A stretch of 64,000 nt of DNA from NCBI RefSeq assembly GCF_009914755.1, contig NC_060932.1. One strand, given 5' to 3'. Numbering within the stretch: the first letter of the stretch is position 1; each line of letters opens with the position of its first letter. The position numbers were made by a program, and so were the translations under genes. Positions 1 to 12,984 of this stretch are shown here, piece after piece. The notes beneath the pieces were generated by a model. That model saw only the letters and a list, made by a program, of their open reading frames with translations, searched no databases and was not told the origin of the DNA. Source of the stretch: the human T2T-CHM13v2.0 reference genome, Homo sapiens.

Positions 1-707
1 GTATAACAGCCATTCCAGTTATGATGTAATTAAGCAACAACTGTCTGGTCTGGTTCTACTTGGGTCCCCTTTGTAAGTCAGTTGCTTGGCATTTCCTTGT
101 AAACCAGAAGAAACTGAGCAAAGCATTCATTTTTGCAGCTATATCACTTAATTTGCTGGCATCAATATTCTGTTAAGAAAATGTGTTTCTAAACAGCCTA
201 ATAAGCTCTTTGCTACTGCTTTGATGAAATACCAAATGAAATACCTCTGTAAAATATTCCTAGGTTTTTTTCTTTTTTTTTTAACAACAATATCATTTAC
301 CTATGCCACATATTTTATTATGCTTACATATTTTAACTTGGTTTTGTTTCTTGTGCTTGAGTTCCTTTAAGTATAATGAAGTTCAGAAATTTTTACTGTC
401 TCCCGTTGTCACTCAAGGGGAGCTTTTTATGTCTACCATTCATCAGACTGAAGAAAAAGTAGCATATTTGAACTTGTATGTTTGTGTGTGCGTGTGTACA
501 TGCACACATACACATACACAACCATGGTTTTGTATCTACACAGGAAAATGGCAGCATGATGAGCTAAAATATGAGAAACTGTATTTCAAAGATTCTGAAA
601 AAGACTCTGCACAAAGCCACTTATTCTGTGACCTTGAACAAGGTTCTTCAAGTCTATAAACTTCAAAGTCTTTGTCAGTTGGAAATATACTGACTTCCCT
701 TCCAGCA

Positions 708-943
708 TTTTTTTTTTTTTTTTTTTGAGACGGATTCAAACGATTCTCCTTCCTCAGCCTCCTGAGTAGCTGGGATTACAGGCATGCACCACCAAGCTCA
801 GCTAATTTTGTTTTTGTATTTTTAGTAGAGATGGGGTTTCTCCATGTTGGTCAGGCTAGTCTCGAACTCCCGACCTCAGGTGATCCACCCGCCTCGGCCT
901 CCCAAAGTGCTGGGATTATAGGCTTGAGCCACCGCGCCCGGCC
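708..943 (-). mobile_element. Alu (AluSp-like) with ~70-nt internal deletion
   Basis: PolyT, GAGACGGA joined directly to TTCAAACGATTCTCC, ends GCCCGGCC; TSD CCCTTCCAG(C/T)ATTT at 697-710 and 944-957. Confidence 0.9.
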
Positions 944-1107
944 CCCTTCCAGTATTTAAGAAGTTACGTGTTGATGATAAAATAAAATGTATAAAACTAC
1001 TTAGTGAAATATAAAGTTAGACAACATAATTAAAAATATAATGAAAAGATAGCCTGAAAATGGCTAATTAAAGAAACTATATAAACACCCCAATCATATA
1101 TCCGCAC

Positions 1108-1272
1108 CTGAGAAACAATGCACCTTTTTTCAGAAGAAGCTGAACTACTTTATCATGTCCATTCTTTGCTGCCAGATGGAGAGGAGTCATTCCATGAAGG
1201 TCCCCTTCATTCAGAAGCCTCGTATCACTTATGTCTTGTAGGAGCCTCTGACAGGTATTGATACGCCCATAA
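1108..1272 (-). pseudogene. TRPA2P: TRPA1-like exon 12 (open)
   Basis: AG/GT, 165 nt, 85-nt intron 11; SYGRINTCQRLLQDISDTRLLNEGDLHGMTPLHLAAKNGHDKVVQLLLKKGALFL. Confidence 0.95.
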
Positions 1273-1357
1273 CTTGGAAAAAATTAGGTTTCATATTTTC
1301 AAGGCAAATATTAAACAGAAAGAAGACAGGTTCATACAATGCTAGACTGACCCTTAC

Positions 1358-1527
1358 CTGGCTGCAAAATGCAGAGGTGATTTCTTATCTTTGCTTTTGG
1401 AATGAATGGACACATTAAAGCCAAGTAGGTTATTTACAGAACCAGGGCCCCCCTGTCTACATGCATAATGTAGAGGAGTACACCCATCGTTGTCTTCATC
1501 CATTACCAGCTCTTTGATCTGTTGCAT
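1358..1527 (-). pseudogene. TRPA2P: TRPA1-like exon 11 (open)
   Basis: AG/GT, 170 nt, MQQIKELVMDEDNDGCTPLHYACRQGGPGSVNNLLGFNVSIHSKSKDKKSPLHFAA. Confidence 0.95.
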
Positions 1528-2611
1528 CTACAGGAAAAAATTAATATCATACAAATAACTCTGCTGTTATGCTAAAATGATGGTTTCCAAACTATTCTGT
1601 AGGAAAATATTTTCCAACAAGGGTCAATATGTATTCCTTGGGGCCAAAATTGTAAATAACCTAAAGGATTTGAGAGTAAAATAAATATGAATGAAGTTGA
1701 ATGCTCTGTCTTCATGTAATGTACATTACCATATTAAAGGCTCTGAGAGATCCTGCAAGTGGGAAAATATTAAATAATAAATTTAATATTATTTAATATA
1801 AATAATAATAAAAACTTAACATTTTTAACTCAGTATTTTTCAAATATATTTGATCACAGCCCTTCCTTCTGCTCCTCCTCTCACTTCCTCCTGCTCCTAA
1901 GTAACACCTAACAGCTTCATGTTAATAAGTTCTGTTAGGTAAAATGGAAGGGATGTTAAAATTAGGTTTACTTTATCTTTTATATGTATAGTAAATTAAA
2001 AATGAATGACAAATGAGTAGCTTAGTCCAATCAATTATCATTTTGCTATTTTTGCTGAAATTTTTCAAATACATATATATTCTTGATTCTTTATTAAAGA
2101 CAGTGACAATATTGAATTCTATTTACTAAAAAATATGTTGTATTTCACATGCACTTGATAGTCACTCAGTATTAGCTGGTGAATATAAATATGAAAATAA
2201 TGCTTTTAACTTGTCCTCAGCAAGTCAAGTGTGCTGAGTAGTTTTTCTTAATTGATGGTGGAGTATTGATAATTCATACCCATAGTTGGCTTTTCCACTG
2301 ATATACAAATCCTAATGATCAAAGAATGAAGAAAATGAAACTAATTAAAGATGTATACTTATCATACATGATAGCATATGAAATCCTTCTGTAACTTAAA
2401 AAACTCAATCTCAATACAATTAATTATCATCATCATCATCATCACTACCACCATCACCCTGTTATAACTATTCAAACATGTCATCTTTATTTTAAAACAC
2501 TGTTAAAATTCCAGAATCAGCTTTGATAATAATAAAAATTATAATAAACAAAATTAGTTTATCCTCTGTTGAACCGAACTTAGTTAATGGAAATCCATAG
2601 ATATATATGAC

Positions 2612-2712
2612 CTGCAAAAACTCAGGTTGCAGATTTTTTAATCCATAAAGTTGCTGTACAGTTAAATGCAGAAAATTACGTCCAAAATTACCTTTAATGT
2701 CTACTTGGGCAC
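2612..2712 (-). pseudogene. TRPA2P: TRPA1-like exon 10 (open)
   Basis: AG/GT, 101 nt, GAQVDIKGNFGRNFLHLTVQQLYGLKNLQPEFLQ. Confidence 0.93.
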
Positions 2713-2876
2713 CTAAAAAAAGCACAATGTAAATATAAATTCTATTCACTTATTTAATGCATCCTTTATGTGGATTTTCAACTTGCAAAAAAATTTTGAC
2801 TTAAAATTTTGCTGACTTTTAGTTTACAGGAAATGTTTAGATGAGAAAACTAAGCATAATTAAAAATGGGCTTACT

Positions 2877-2879
<3 letters not shown>

Positions 2880-2923
<44 letters not shown>

Positions 2924-2942
2924 TGTGTGTGTCTGTATGTGT
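2880..2942. repeat. (TG)n microsatellite
   Basis: Direct reading. Confidence 0.95.
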
Positions 2943-3419
2943 AAGTGGGGTAGAAAATATGTGATGCATTACATAAATACATGAGGCCTTACCTTTCAGA
3001 GCATAAAATATAAAAATATAAATATAGACACATTAGAGATCAAGAAAGAAGAGGATAGCAGAGAAGGACACCTCACTTCTTTCTTTTCAGAGGCCCAGGT
3101 TAGAATCGAAAACAGGGATAGTTATAGTACCTACACCACATGGGACCGATACATTGAAAGACAGTTGATTAATTGTTCAATAAATGCCTGGGGTATAACA
3201 ATTGCTTTATAAATGTTATCTACTATTGTTCTGAAATTATCTTTTTAAGCATTGCTCCCTTACTGGACTGAAAATTATTCTAGACATGAAAAGTGTTCTG
3301 TTTATCTTTGTATTCACAGCACCTGGCCCAGGGCCTGGCACACAATAGATGGTTAATAAATGTTCATCTAACCAAATTGAGTAATACTTCCCAAGACTTG
3401 GCTTGGTCCCTCTTGGTAG

Positions 3420-3514
3420 CTTTAGAGAGTAGCAAATTTACAATATTCTAAGATGCAGAAGCAGTTGCTAAGTGGAGAGCATCCTACAGAATCAATGCTA
3501 TTAATATCTGCTCC
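3420..3514 (-). pseudogene. TRPA2P: TRPA1-like exon 9: 5-nt deletion, W>TAG, donor GT>CT
   Basis: GADINSIDSVGCSPL / frameshift / ATASAS*NIVNLLLSK; TAG at 3450-3448; followed by CTACC instead of GT. Confidence 0.9.
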
Positions 3515-3841
3515 CTAAAAATCAAGCCATTCAACAAGGAGCTTACAAACAGATAAATCAGCATACATTGCAATCTCTAAATAAGGTTAATTTATTGATA
3601 CAGAGTGTCTATATTATGGCTAGCACTAAAGTATATGACTAATTATAGAACCATTTGAAATTTCTCCATAATTCATATGTTGTATCATCAGAAATCAAGG
3701 CATTCTTTAATAATTTCAGTAAGAAATTATTCTCACATGTTAGGCTTTATACTGACACCCGGCAATAGCTCTAGTTGCTACATAAACCATAAAAATGATA
3801 TCCTTTTACCTAGACCAATAGTTTAGTATCCACTGTAAGAA

Positions 3842-3908
3842 ATAATTTTTAAATGACTATAATTATAATTTTTAAATGACTATAATTATAATTTTTAAAT
3901 GACTATAA
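3842..3908. repeat. 23-bp tandem repeat, ~2.9 copies
   Basis: ATAATTTTTAAATGACTATAATT units at 3842, 3865 and 3888. Confidence 0.9.
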
Positions 3909-5061
3909 GTCTTCCAAATTTATTACATCTATGACTTAAGAAAAATTCATAAAAAAATTCCCTTTATAAAAAATCCTATTTTATCTGAAATAGATGAACT
4001 GAAATAATTAAATTTACATCACTCAAATCCTAAAATAAAATTTTAGTCAAACATTTATTTGAGAAAATTTATGTTTAAAAATCACATTAAACCTATATTG
4101 TTAAAATGAATGTCAATGTTAACCATTATGTATTATAATATTTGATATGACAAGAAATCAAAGCCCTTTTAAAATTCCATGGAAAGAATTCTATACCTTA
4201 CACAGAGTAATAAAAAATATTAATAGCTTAAACTCCAAATGTGGATATTTTCATGTTCTTTTGAGACCCACTGAATATAAATGACAATGGGGGCAGCATC
4301 CCCTTGGCAAGCTCCATGGTGGTCAGTGAGGCCACATTTCTCTTGCCTGGCGAAGAGATGGCAGCCTTTGCAGGAAACCGTGTGACAATTTCAATAGTTG
4401 TTATTGACAACACAAAATGTTCAATACTACCAACGGAAATCCGTCATTGCTGATATGGTGCCACTTAAATAAATTCACCACACTTTGATCTCTATAACGG
4501 GCTTATTAAAGTTCAACTCAAAAGCTGACTGATTCCACTTCTTAGAGTGAAAAAGATCTCAGGCTTCATGCTTTCTCTTGTAGTAAACCTTTGACAATAT
4601 TTTTTGGCTCCTCAGTTTTTCATTGTTTGTAAAGGTGGCACTGAGGCAGCTGGGGTAGGAGCTTCCCCCAGTGCTGCCTGTCCTGCCTCCACCTCAAAGC
4701 AATCAGGGCTGAAGAAGGATCACCACCCAAGATCACACTCCCCTAGGACCCTCTAACATGCCATGGGAACAGCTTTCCTTGCAATGTACCTGCCAACTTC
4801 CTGCACTAAAAACACTGACATGGATATCCAAAAGCACGCTTTGACACTTCTAAGTTCACAGTAATGTTTGGCCATTACATATTCATGTACAATATACTCT
4901 GCTTCCAAGTGTGTCGATCATCCTTTTGTACACATCACATTTTTTGCTGATAAGCAATAAATTAAAATTTGATTTATTTTTGAAAATCCCTATTATGTAA
5001 TCATATGATTTTTTTCAACTATAAATAGTAACAAAAATAAACCAGTAAATGGAATACTTAC

Positions 5062-5110
5062 CACTGAAATTAAACAGTCTGCCAGGTCACAGTGATCAAA
5101 TAATGAAGCT
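5062..5110 (-). pseudogene. TRPA2P: TRPA1-like exon 8
   Basis: AG/GT, 49 nt, ASLFDHCDLADCLISV. Confidence 0.9.
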
Positions 5111-5719
5111 CTGAAAAAACAGAATTATAAACATTATAATTAAAGTACTACTTATGTAAATACAAATGTATTTAATAAAGCTACTATATTCAGAAAGTGA
5201 ATTTAGCTAATCATAGAATAACATGATAGAATGTTAAAGAATTAGTAAGCTTTCAAAATTTATAATTTGATTCTGATAAGGGTAGCATTTTCAAAGTAAT
5301 AATAATAGGAAAACACCAAATACATCACAATATTTTCTTCCTTATCCTTTAGGAAACTGTTTTCTCCTGTAAAATCACCATGAAGATATTCTGAAGTGAG
5401 TAGTAACATCTGTCCCAAGATAGAAGAGACAAAGAAATCGCTGGTACTGCTATGATCATGGGGAATAACAATAGCTACACGCAAGGTATGTCTCAAATTC
5501 ACCTGCGGGGTTCAAAAAGTCCCTCTTTGGGAGACTCCTCTTTGGCAAAAGTTAAATGGCAGTGTTAACTTGAGTTTTTTATGAAGCCAAAAATAATTAT
5601 GGAGAGGATAGAAAACATTTTGGTATCATCTCACAGCCAGTCATAAGGATAATGTTAATTTAAAAAGCAAGTAAAAGTTTTCAATCTATATTAAAGCGCC
5701 TCCTTAAGACATGTTAACA

Positions 5720-6041
5720 ATTTCTTTTTTTTTTTTTTTTTGAGACGGAGTCTCATTCTGTCGCCACTTGAGACGGAGTCTCGCTCTGTCGCCCAGGTGG
5801 AGTGCAGTGAGTGGCGCGATCTGGGCTCAATGCAAGCTCCGCCTCCCGGGTTCACGCCATTCTCCTGCCTCAGCCTCCAGAGTAGCTGGGACTACAGGCA
5901 CCCGCCACCATGCCTTGCTAACTTTTTTTTTTTTTTTTTTGTATCTTTAGCAGAGACGGGGTTTCACAGTGTTAGCCAGGATGGTCTTGATCTCCTGACC
6001 TCGTGATCCACCCGCCTTGGCCTCCCAAAGTGCTGAGATTA
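5720..6041 (-). mobile_element. AluY-like, 5'-clipped, with internal tandem duplication
   Basis: AluY diagnostics (GCAAGCTCCGCCTCCCGGGTTCACGCCATT; GTTAGCCAGGATGGTC); TGAGACGGAGTCTC..CTGTCGCC occurs twice. Confidence 0.9.
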
Positions 6042-6887
6042 GCAAATCTCATTTCTTTCTTTCAAGATTGTCTCAAGTATTCTTGGCCTTTTATATATAA
6101 ATTTCAGAATCAGTTTGCTAATTTTCACCCAAAATATGACAAGATGTTGCATTATATTTAAAACATATTAGTTATATTTAGTAATTTTAGGGAATAAATT
6201 ATAACATTAAGTACCCATCTACCTAAGATAATTTCATCTCATGCATATTAATATATTAAGGCTGTTTTCTAAAGATACACTTCAACGGTAACCAAATCAT
6301 TGGGTTTCTAAATTAGCGACACATTCAAATCAAAGAGTTTTTTTTTTTTTAAATTCCTGCCACTCATCCCAGAGATTTTATATATTAAAGGGTATTAATT
6401 GGTACTGGGATTTTAGGAGCTACCCACATGATTCCAATCTGCAACAGTTTGAGAATCTCTGGTCTAGAGGTTAGTCTATTGAGTTTTAATTTTATTTCAA
6501 TGGCTCCTTTTTAACTTTTTTATTTTACTGTATCATTTTCATATCACCAATCCTAGATTCATATATGACAACCTGTTTTTACAATTCTATGTTGTCTTCA
6601 TATACTTACTTTTACATAACTTATTACCCTTCCTTTAAATTTTTTAAGGTCTCAAATATCTTTATTTCAAAATTATTTTCAGATTCCCCTGTTATATTTT
6701 CTTGGAAATAAATTGGCTTTTTGTTGACTTTTTTTTAAAATAAGTTTTCTTTTATGCTATACAATTTTAGTTTGCAAATTCATCCGAAGTGGGAGTTCCT
6801 TTCTCTTCACACATATCCTATCATGGCTGGTGGTTTTGCAAATGTGTACATTCATTAGAAACAGATCTTATATTGGTAGCTAGAGAT

Positions 6888-7144
6888 TCTTTTTTTCTTT
6901 TTTCTTTTTTTTTTTTTTGAGGCGGAGTCTTGCTCTGTCGCCCAGGCTGGAGTGCAGTGGCACCATCTTGGCTCACTGCAAGCCCCGCCTCCTGGGTTCA
7001 CGCCATTCTCCTGCCTCAGCCTCCGGAGTAGTTAGGACTATAGGCGCCCGCCATCATGCCCAGCTAATTTTTTGTATTTTTAGTAGAGACGGGGTTTCAC
7101 CGTGTTGGCCAGGATGGTCTCGATCTCCTGACCTCGTGATCTGC
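6888..7144 (-). mobile_element. AluY/Sc-like, 5'-truncated
   Basis: PolyT then GAGGCGGAGTCTTGCTCTGTCGCCCAGG... ends at CTCGTGATCTGC. Confidence 0.9.
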
Positions 7145-7218
7145 TTTTTTTCTAAGAGATATTTAGATAGATAGATTTCCAGGTCTGGTTACCTATTGAA
7201 AATATATCGGCTACTCTG

Positions 7219-7222
<4 letters not shown>

Positions 7223-7258
<36 letters not shown>

Positions 7259-7279
7259 TGTGTGTCTGTGTGTGTGTGT
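7223..7279. repeat. (TG)n microsatellite
   Basis: Direct reading. Confidence 0.95.
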
Positions 7280-7960
7280 AAGAGACTGAGAGACTGAAGG
7301 CTCAACTCAGACAACTCTTTCACTCACATGGGGAGCATTTGGTACTTGTCTTTCCACAAGAATTGAATTTCCGATATACACTGCTTGTTTCCTATCCTAG
7401 CACCTAGTAAGCCTACAGTTTAATACATTTTCCCTGATGTGTATTTCTGTCAAACTTCATAGAAATTTTTTAGCGTTTTTGGCAACTTGGTTATAATTTC
7501 CTAAAACTTTATCTTTTGAAACCATTTATGTATAATTGGGGGATTAGCAAAAGGGATTATGGTGGGAAAAGTAAAATATCCATACGTATCTGCTCCATTA
7601 TTGTCATTAAAAATGGGGATAAAATAAATATGAGAAATTGGAACAAATTAGAAAAGGCTTGGAAGACCTTGTATGTAGACTTCTTTAGCATATAGAAAAT
7701 TAATCTTGATCCTATATCCACTGGACTTGATTCAGAATATGCCACAGGAGATTTTATTCTGTGAAATTTCTTTAACATTATACTCCCATTCCCCAGGAAC
7801 ACAAGCAATTCCAGTTGATACACAGGGTCTTTGCTATTTTGTTCTTTTCTTTTAAACTACATAATCTTTGCTTCCATTAGTACTAACTGCTCTTTGCAAT
7901 TTCTAATTTAACATGTGAAGACTAAAAGTCTGTATACAGAATGATAGGTAGAAAACTTGC

Positions 7961-8092
7961 CTGTGAAGCACAGTCTGATGACTTTCATCAGCTGCATTAA
8001 CAATATCTATGCCACCAGAATAGGACGATATCAATAATTTAATAATCTCAGTCTCTCCATGCAGCAAAGTGAAGGGCTGTGCACTTTGCCTT
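7961..8092 (-). pseudogene. TRPA2P: TRPA1-like exon 7, 5-nt deletion, GC donor
   Basis: KAKCTALHFA / frameshift / HGETEIIKLLISSYSGGIDIVNAADESHQTVLHR; 132 nt; donor AG|GCAAGT. Confidence 0.9.
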
Positions 8093-8184
8093 CTGTAAAG
8101 GGTTTTAATACTAGAATCAATATTTAAATCCAAATTTAAGAATGTAACTTATATTCATCTGTGAGTTTTTTTGTCCCAGGTCAA

Positions 8185-8286
8185 TAAAATCAAGGAATAT
8201 CAATTACATTTCAGATGATTAATGGTGATCAGATGAAACTGATCACCATTAATCATCTGAAATGCAATAGATATTCCTTGATTTTA
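8185..8286. repeat. Near-perfect inverted repeat (48-bp arms, 6-nt loop)
   Basis: 8185-8232 pairs with 8239-8286 at 46/48; loop ATGAAA. Confidence 0.95.
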
Positions 8287-9117
8287 CGGACCTACAAAGA
8301 AGAGCATCCATACAAAATTTGTAGCTGACAAGTGTGCTTCTTTCTAATAAAACAACTCCTGGCATATACTTCCACCATCATCGTCTGGGTAACATTCTTT
8401 CCCCCAGGAACATGAGAACGACGTCTCATTCATTGCTGTAAGCACTCAGCGTAGGAAGTGACTTCAGAATCCGTACCAAGAGTGGCAGCTCTTATTTCTA
8501 TATTGAAGGGACTTAGGATTAGTGTCCAGAAGACACATGAAATTAATAACCAATCTTCTCTTCCTCCAGAAAGCACAGGCCTTTGCAGTATCTTGGAGGG
8601 GAGCTTGTTGCTACCCAAAACCCAGATATTGAAGGGAAAAGGGCCCAAACTCTACACTTTTGGTCAGAGATGCCTGCCATAAGGTCAGATCCCAAACACA
8701 GTCAGCATTTTCACAAACATATTTTTAGAAATTAGTTAAGTGGTCCTTAGTTTTAAAAATGATAACTCTTCCGAATAGAACTAAAGCCAAAGACATTCAT
8801 GATTGGGCTTTAATGTTCCTAGCTGAACATTATCATCTTCTGAGGGTAGGCCTTAACTGTGTAACGGCAATTGAACTAGATATCGTCTTTGTTCTGTCTG
8901 TATTTGTGTCTGCAATTGTTTTAGGGAGGTCTCAAAATTCTTTACATAGACTGAAACTTGGGGTATCCCCTTGTTCTGCTTCTGCAGAAGCAGAAGGAAA
9001 TAATATCTATTTCTTGTGTGTATTTCAATGTAAATTAACCATAAAAGAGCTATAAAGCATTTTATATGCTTTTGACAACTCTAAGATGAAAGTGTCATAT
9101 AAAATACGAAGAGTTAC

Positions 9118-9263
9118 CTCCACTAGGTCTATTTGTACACCATTGTCCAGGCACATTTTCATCATTTCCAAGTCACCATTTTGCACAGCCAGATGGAGAG
9201 GGCTGGCTTTCCCGTTATCCACAAAGTTGATGTGACACTGTCTGCTGTACCCGTGCTCTTCAC
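9118..9263 (-). pseudogene. TRPA2P: TRPA1-like exon 6 (open)
   Basis: AG/GT, 146 nt, GEEHGYSRQCHINFVDNGKASPLHLAVQNGDLEMMKMCLDNGVQIDLVE. Confidence 0.93.
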
Positions 9264-9458
9264 CTTTAGAAGAAAATAGCATTCAACTTAACAAATATAT
9301 AAAATGAATAATAGGGAAGGTTTTTTATTTTTTTAAAAAAGGAAGGGCACTGAGACACATACAAGCCTGTGGTAAATTTGGTTAAACATTTTTCAAAGTA
9401 ATAGCACCCACCAGAGTAGACTTATTTATAGTGTATATATGGAAAAACCTCTACTCAC

Positions 9459-9567
9459 CAAACTTCAATATTATTTCCATGCATTCTTTGGAACCTGAAA
9501 GTACAGCCTGATGAATAGGAAAACATCCAAATGTATTTGATTTGCATGGCTTAGCTCCTTTGTGAAG
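9459..9567 (-). pseudogene. TRPA2P: TRPA1-like exon 5 (open)
   Basis: AG/GT, 109 nt, LHKGAKPCKSNTFGCFPIHQAVLSGSKECMEIILKF. Confidence 0.93.
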
Positions 9568-10303
9568 CTGGAAGAAAAGACAAAACTAAAAATGACACCA
9601 GTTAAACATCAAATCACAAATTACATTGTATGTCTATGTAAAAGTACATAGAGAGCTTCATATATTATAAAATCTAAGCATGAAAGTAATTTTGAGCTAA
9701 GCAAAGATTCTGAAATAGGGACATTTTATATCTTCCAAAGAAGTAACAATGTAGACACAAAAATATAAATTTTGATACCCCAGCAAACTAAAGTCAACAT
9801 ATTTTTCAATGGAATTAATAAAATTTTTAAAGACACTATCATGACTTCTATACCCATTTTCAATTTCTTATGCGAATAAAATGACAATATTTCCCAGATG
9901 ATTTTCCTTCTGTTTATGTAAAATTAATAAATGAATATGCCAGCACTCTTGTTAAGCCATGAAAATCAAGTATTTTCACTAATGATAGTTCTTCACTAAA
10001 AAGGTGTTAGAAGAACTAAGTGTTATATTACATTGATAATCTGAGCCAATCATTTTAAACTGCCATTTTCTATAGATCATTAACCTTCAGTTTTGTTTTA
10101 AGTACTTTTAATTATCTCAAAAGAAAATATTTTGAGTAAACAGAAATGTGTGTAGAACCAAATACCACCTGTAATCTCAGCTTTTAGAGATAGTATTAGT
10201 TTAGTTTCTATAATATATATAATAGCCCAGAAATATATATGTATAATATAGTCCAGAAATGAAAGATGTACTTTATAAAATCGTATTATTAAAGAATATT
10301 GTT

Positions 10304-10616
<313 letters not shown>

Positions 10617-11731
10617 TTAAGTAAAATTTTTTTGAACAATATTGTCATACAGTATACACATAAAAATTAAATTGGCAAGGAAATCAGACTTTAAAAATAC
10701 GTTGTTTTCTGTAGGACTTTTAACTTTACTATTTCTTTATACCGATTTTCCTTTGGTTAATTTAAGGTTCTTTTCCTAAATTCTTGGTTTGAGTGTTAGT
10801 TAATTTATTTTTATTCTCTTTATCATTTATTCTCTTTTCGGTCCAATCATGAGAGCTTAGAGTATTTACCTGTCTCTAAGTACATCTAGTAAAGGTGCTA
10901 AAACATACATGTATGGTACATTTAAACATTAGGCAAATATTTTTAAATTGTTTTATTTCATTTTCTTACTCTCTGGGATGGTAAAGAGGCAAAATCTTGT
11001 GGTAAAAATAAAGATCCTGGTCTGGATAACATGCAAGTGATTAAGGAATATTTGAAACAAGGCTATTTGCTGGGACTGTAACAGCACACTCAGATGGATC
11101 ACTGCCAGAATCAGGAGGAAGTCATGTAGACAAGCATCTCCATCCCCTCACTGGACCACGTCAGGAAGCCTCGCCAGAGACAAAGCTGGCTCTGCTCTCA
11201 GGCATGTGGCTAACAACCTTTGTCATTTCATCACTCAGGGCACTGTTTTTGGGAACACGTGGCAATAATTTCTTCAGGTTTTCAGGAGTGGCTATGCTTC
11301 TTTTGGCTTTTATTTTATGGGCCCGATAAGTCTGGAACTGATTATATTCATCTTTCCTTTGACAATTCAGAAGCTCAGAATCGAACGTGCAAACCATCTT
11401 TATAAGATACAGGCCATTATACTTTGTATTTCGCATTCTAGCCTGACCACCAGCTTCATCTCAATTTTTCCTGCCTATATTTTCTTTTCACTTTGAATTT
11501 CTCATAGTTTTCATTACCGCTTTACTATTCGTCCTCTAAAAGCAATCTCAGATCCACTTAAGACAGGGAGTGTGTACACAAAAACACATAGAACAACTTT
11601 TTTTCTGACATAGTTTCTGTATTTTATGTTTTTCTAAGGAGAAAAACTCAACAGCTTTTGTAAATAATAATAATCCATGTTGTATTCATGAAAAGATAAA
11701 GAAAGCAGAAAGATATGACAAATATGCAAAC

Positions 11732-11839
11732 CAAAATCTGCAGTGCTTCACTATTATTTTTGGTGCATGCGATCATCACAGCTGTGTTTCCATTTTCTCC
11801 TTCCAAATTAACATCAGTACTTCTATGCTCAAGCAAGAC
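11732..11839 (-). pseudogene. TRPA2P: TRPA1-like exon 4 (open)
   Basis: AG/GT, 108 nt, VLLEHRSTDVNLEGENGNTAVMIACTKNNSEALQIL. Confidence 0.93.
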
Positions 11840-12473
11840 CTACACAAAAGTGGAGAATAATTGTCAAAATTTTACAGATTTCCAAATAAAATACTTGTCT
11901 TCCACTAGATTTTAAGTTCTCAGATGCCAAGGACCATGTCTATTTATCTTTTTTCATACTTCTCCCACACAATCTGGCACAAAATTCTGCATACTGTGGG
12001 TACTAAATAAATTTCTCAAATAGATGAAATAATCATGATTTCAATGTCACAACAATTAAGGTGATAATGAGTTGTAGCATTGTAAATACTAATTGTAGAT
12101 ACTAGTTATCATAGCTTCACTTAATACTTCTGACTAGTATTAGGTGAAGCTATATTAACTAATATTTTCAGAAAAATAAATTTGTGGAGCCATTTAGAAT
12201 GTGTTCGCAGTGAAGGAGGAAGTCAGGAAGGGAAGAAGGAAGAAAGTAAGAGCAAGAGAGAGAAGGAGGGAGGGAGGGAGACAGGAAGGGAATGGTTTTT
12301 CTCCCCCTGCCAGTCATTTTTCTTTTACTTAGATTGCAAGCATCCTAGGAAATGTCAATGGAAACTCTTTTCAGTAAACAAAACAGAGTTTTGCATAACA
12401 CTTTGGTAAGACTTAACTCAATTAATTCAAACTTGGTCTGCAATGGAAACTTTTTCTACAATGTAAGAAATTA

Positions 12474-12984
<511 letters not shown>

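Noticed and set aside
1-659. Exon 13, or the 118-aa ORF at 303-659
   Set aside because: No DHNGWTALHH-like exon 13 sequence is seen (it would be left of the window); the ORF crosses a TG/CA repeat and resembles no protein I recognise.
4228-4660. Higher-complexity intronic segment with a 61-aa ORF, possibly a processed pseudogene
   Set aside because: No recognisable protein in the frames I read, no polyA or TSD; probably an ancient repeat. A Dfam/BLAST search is needed.
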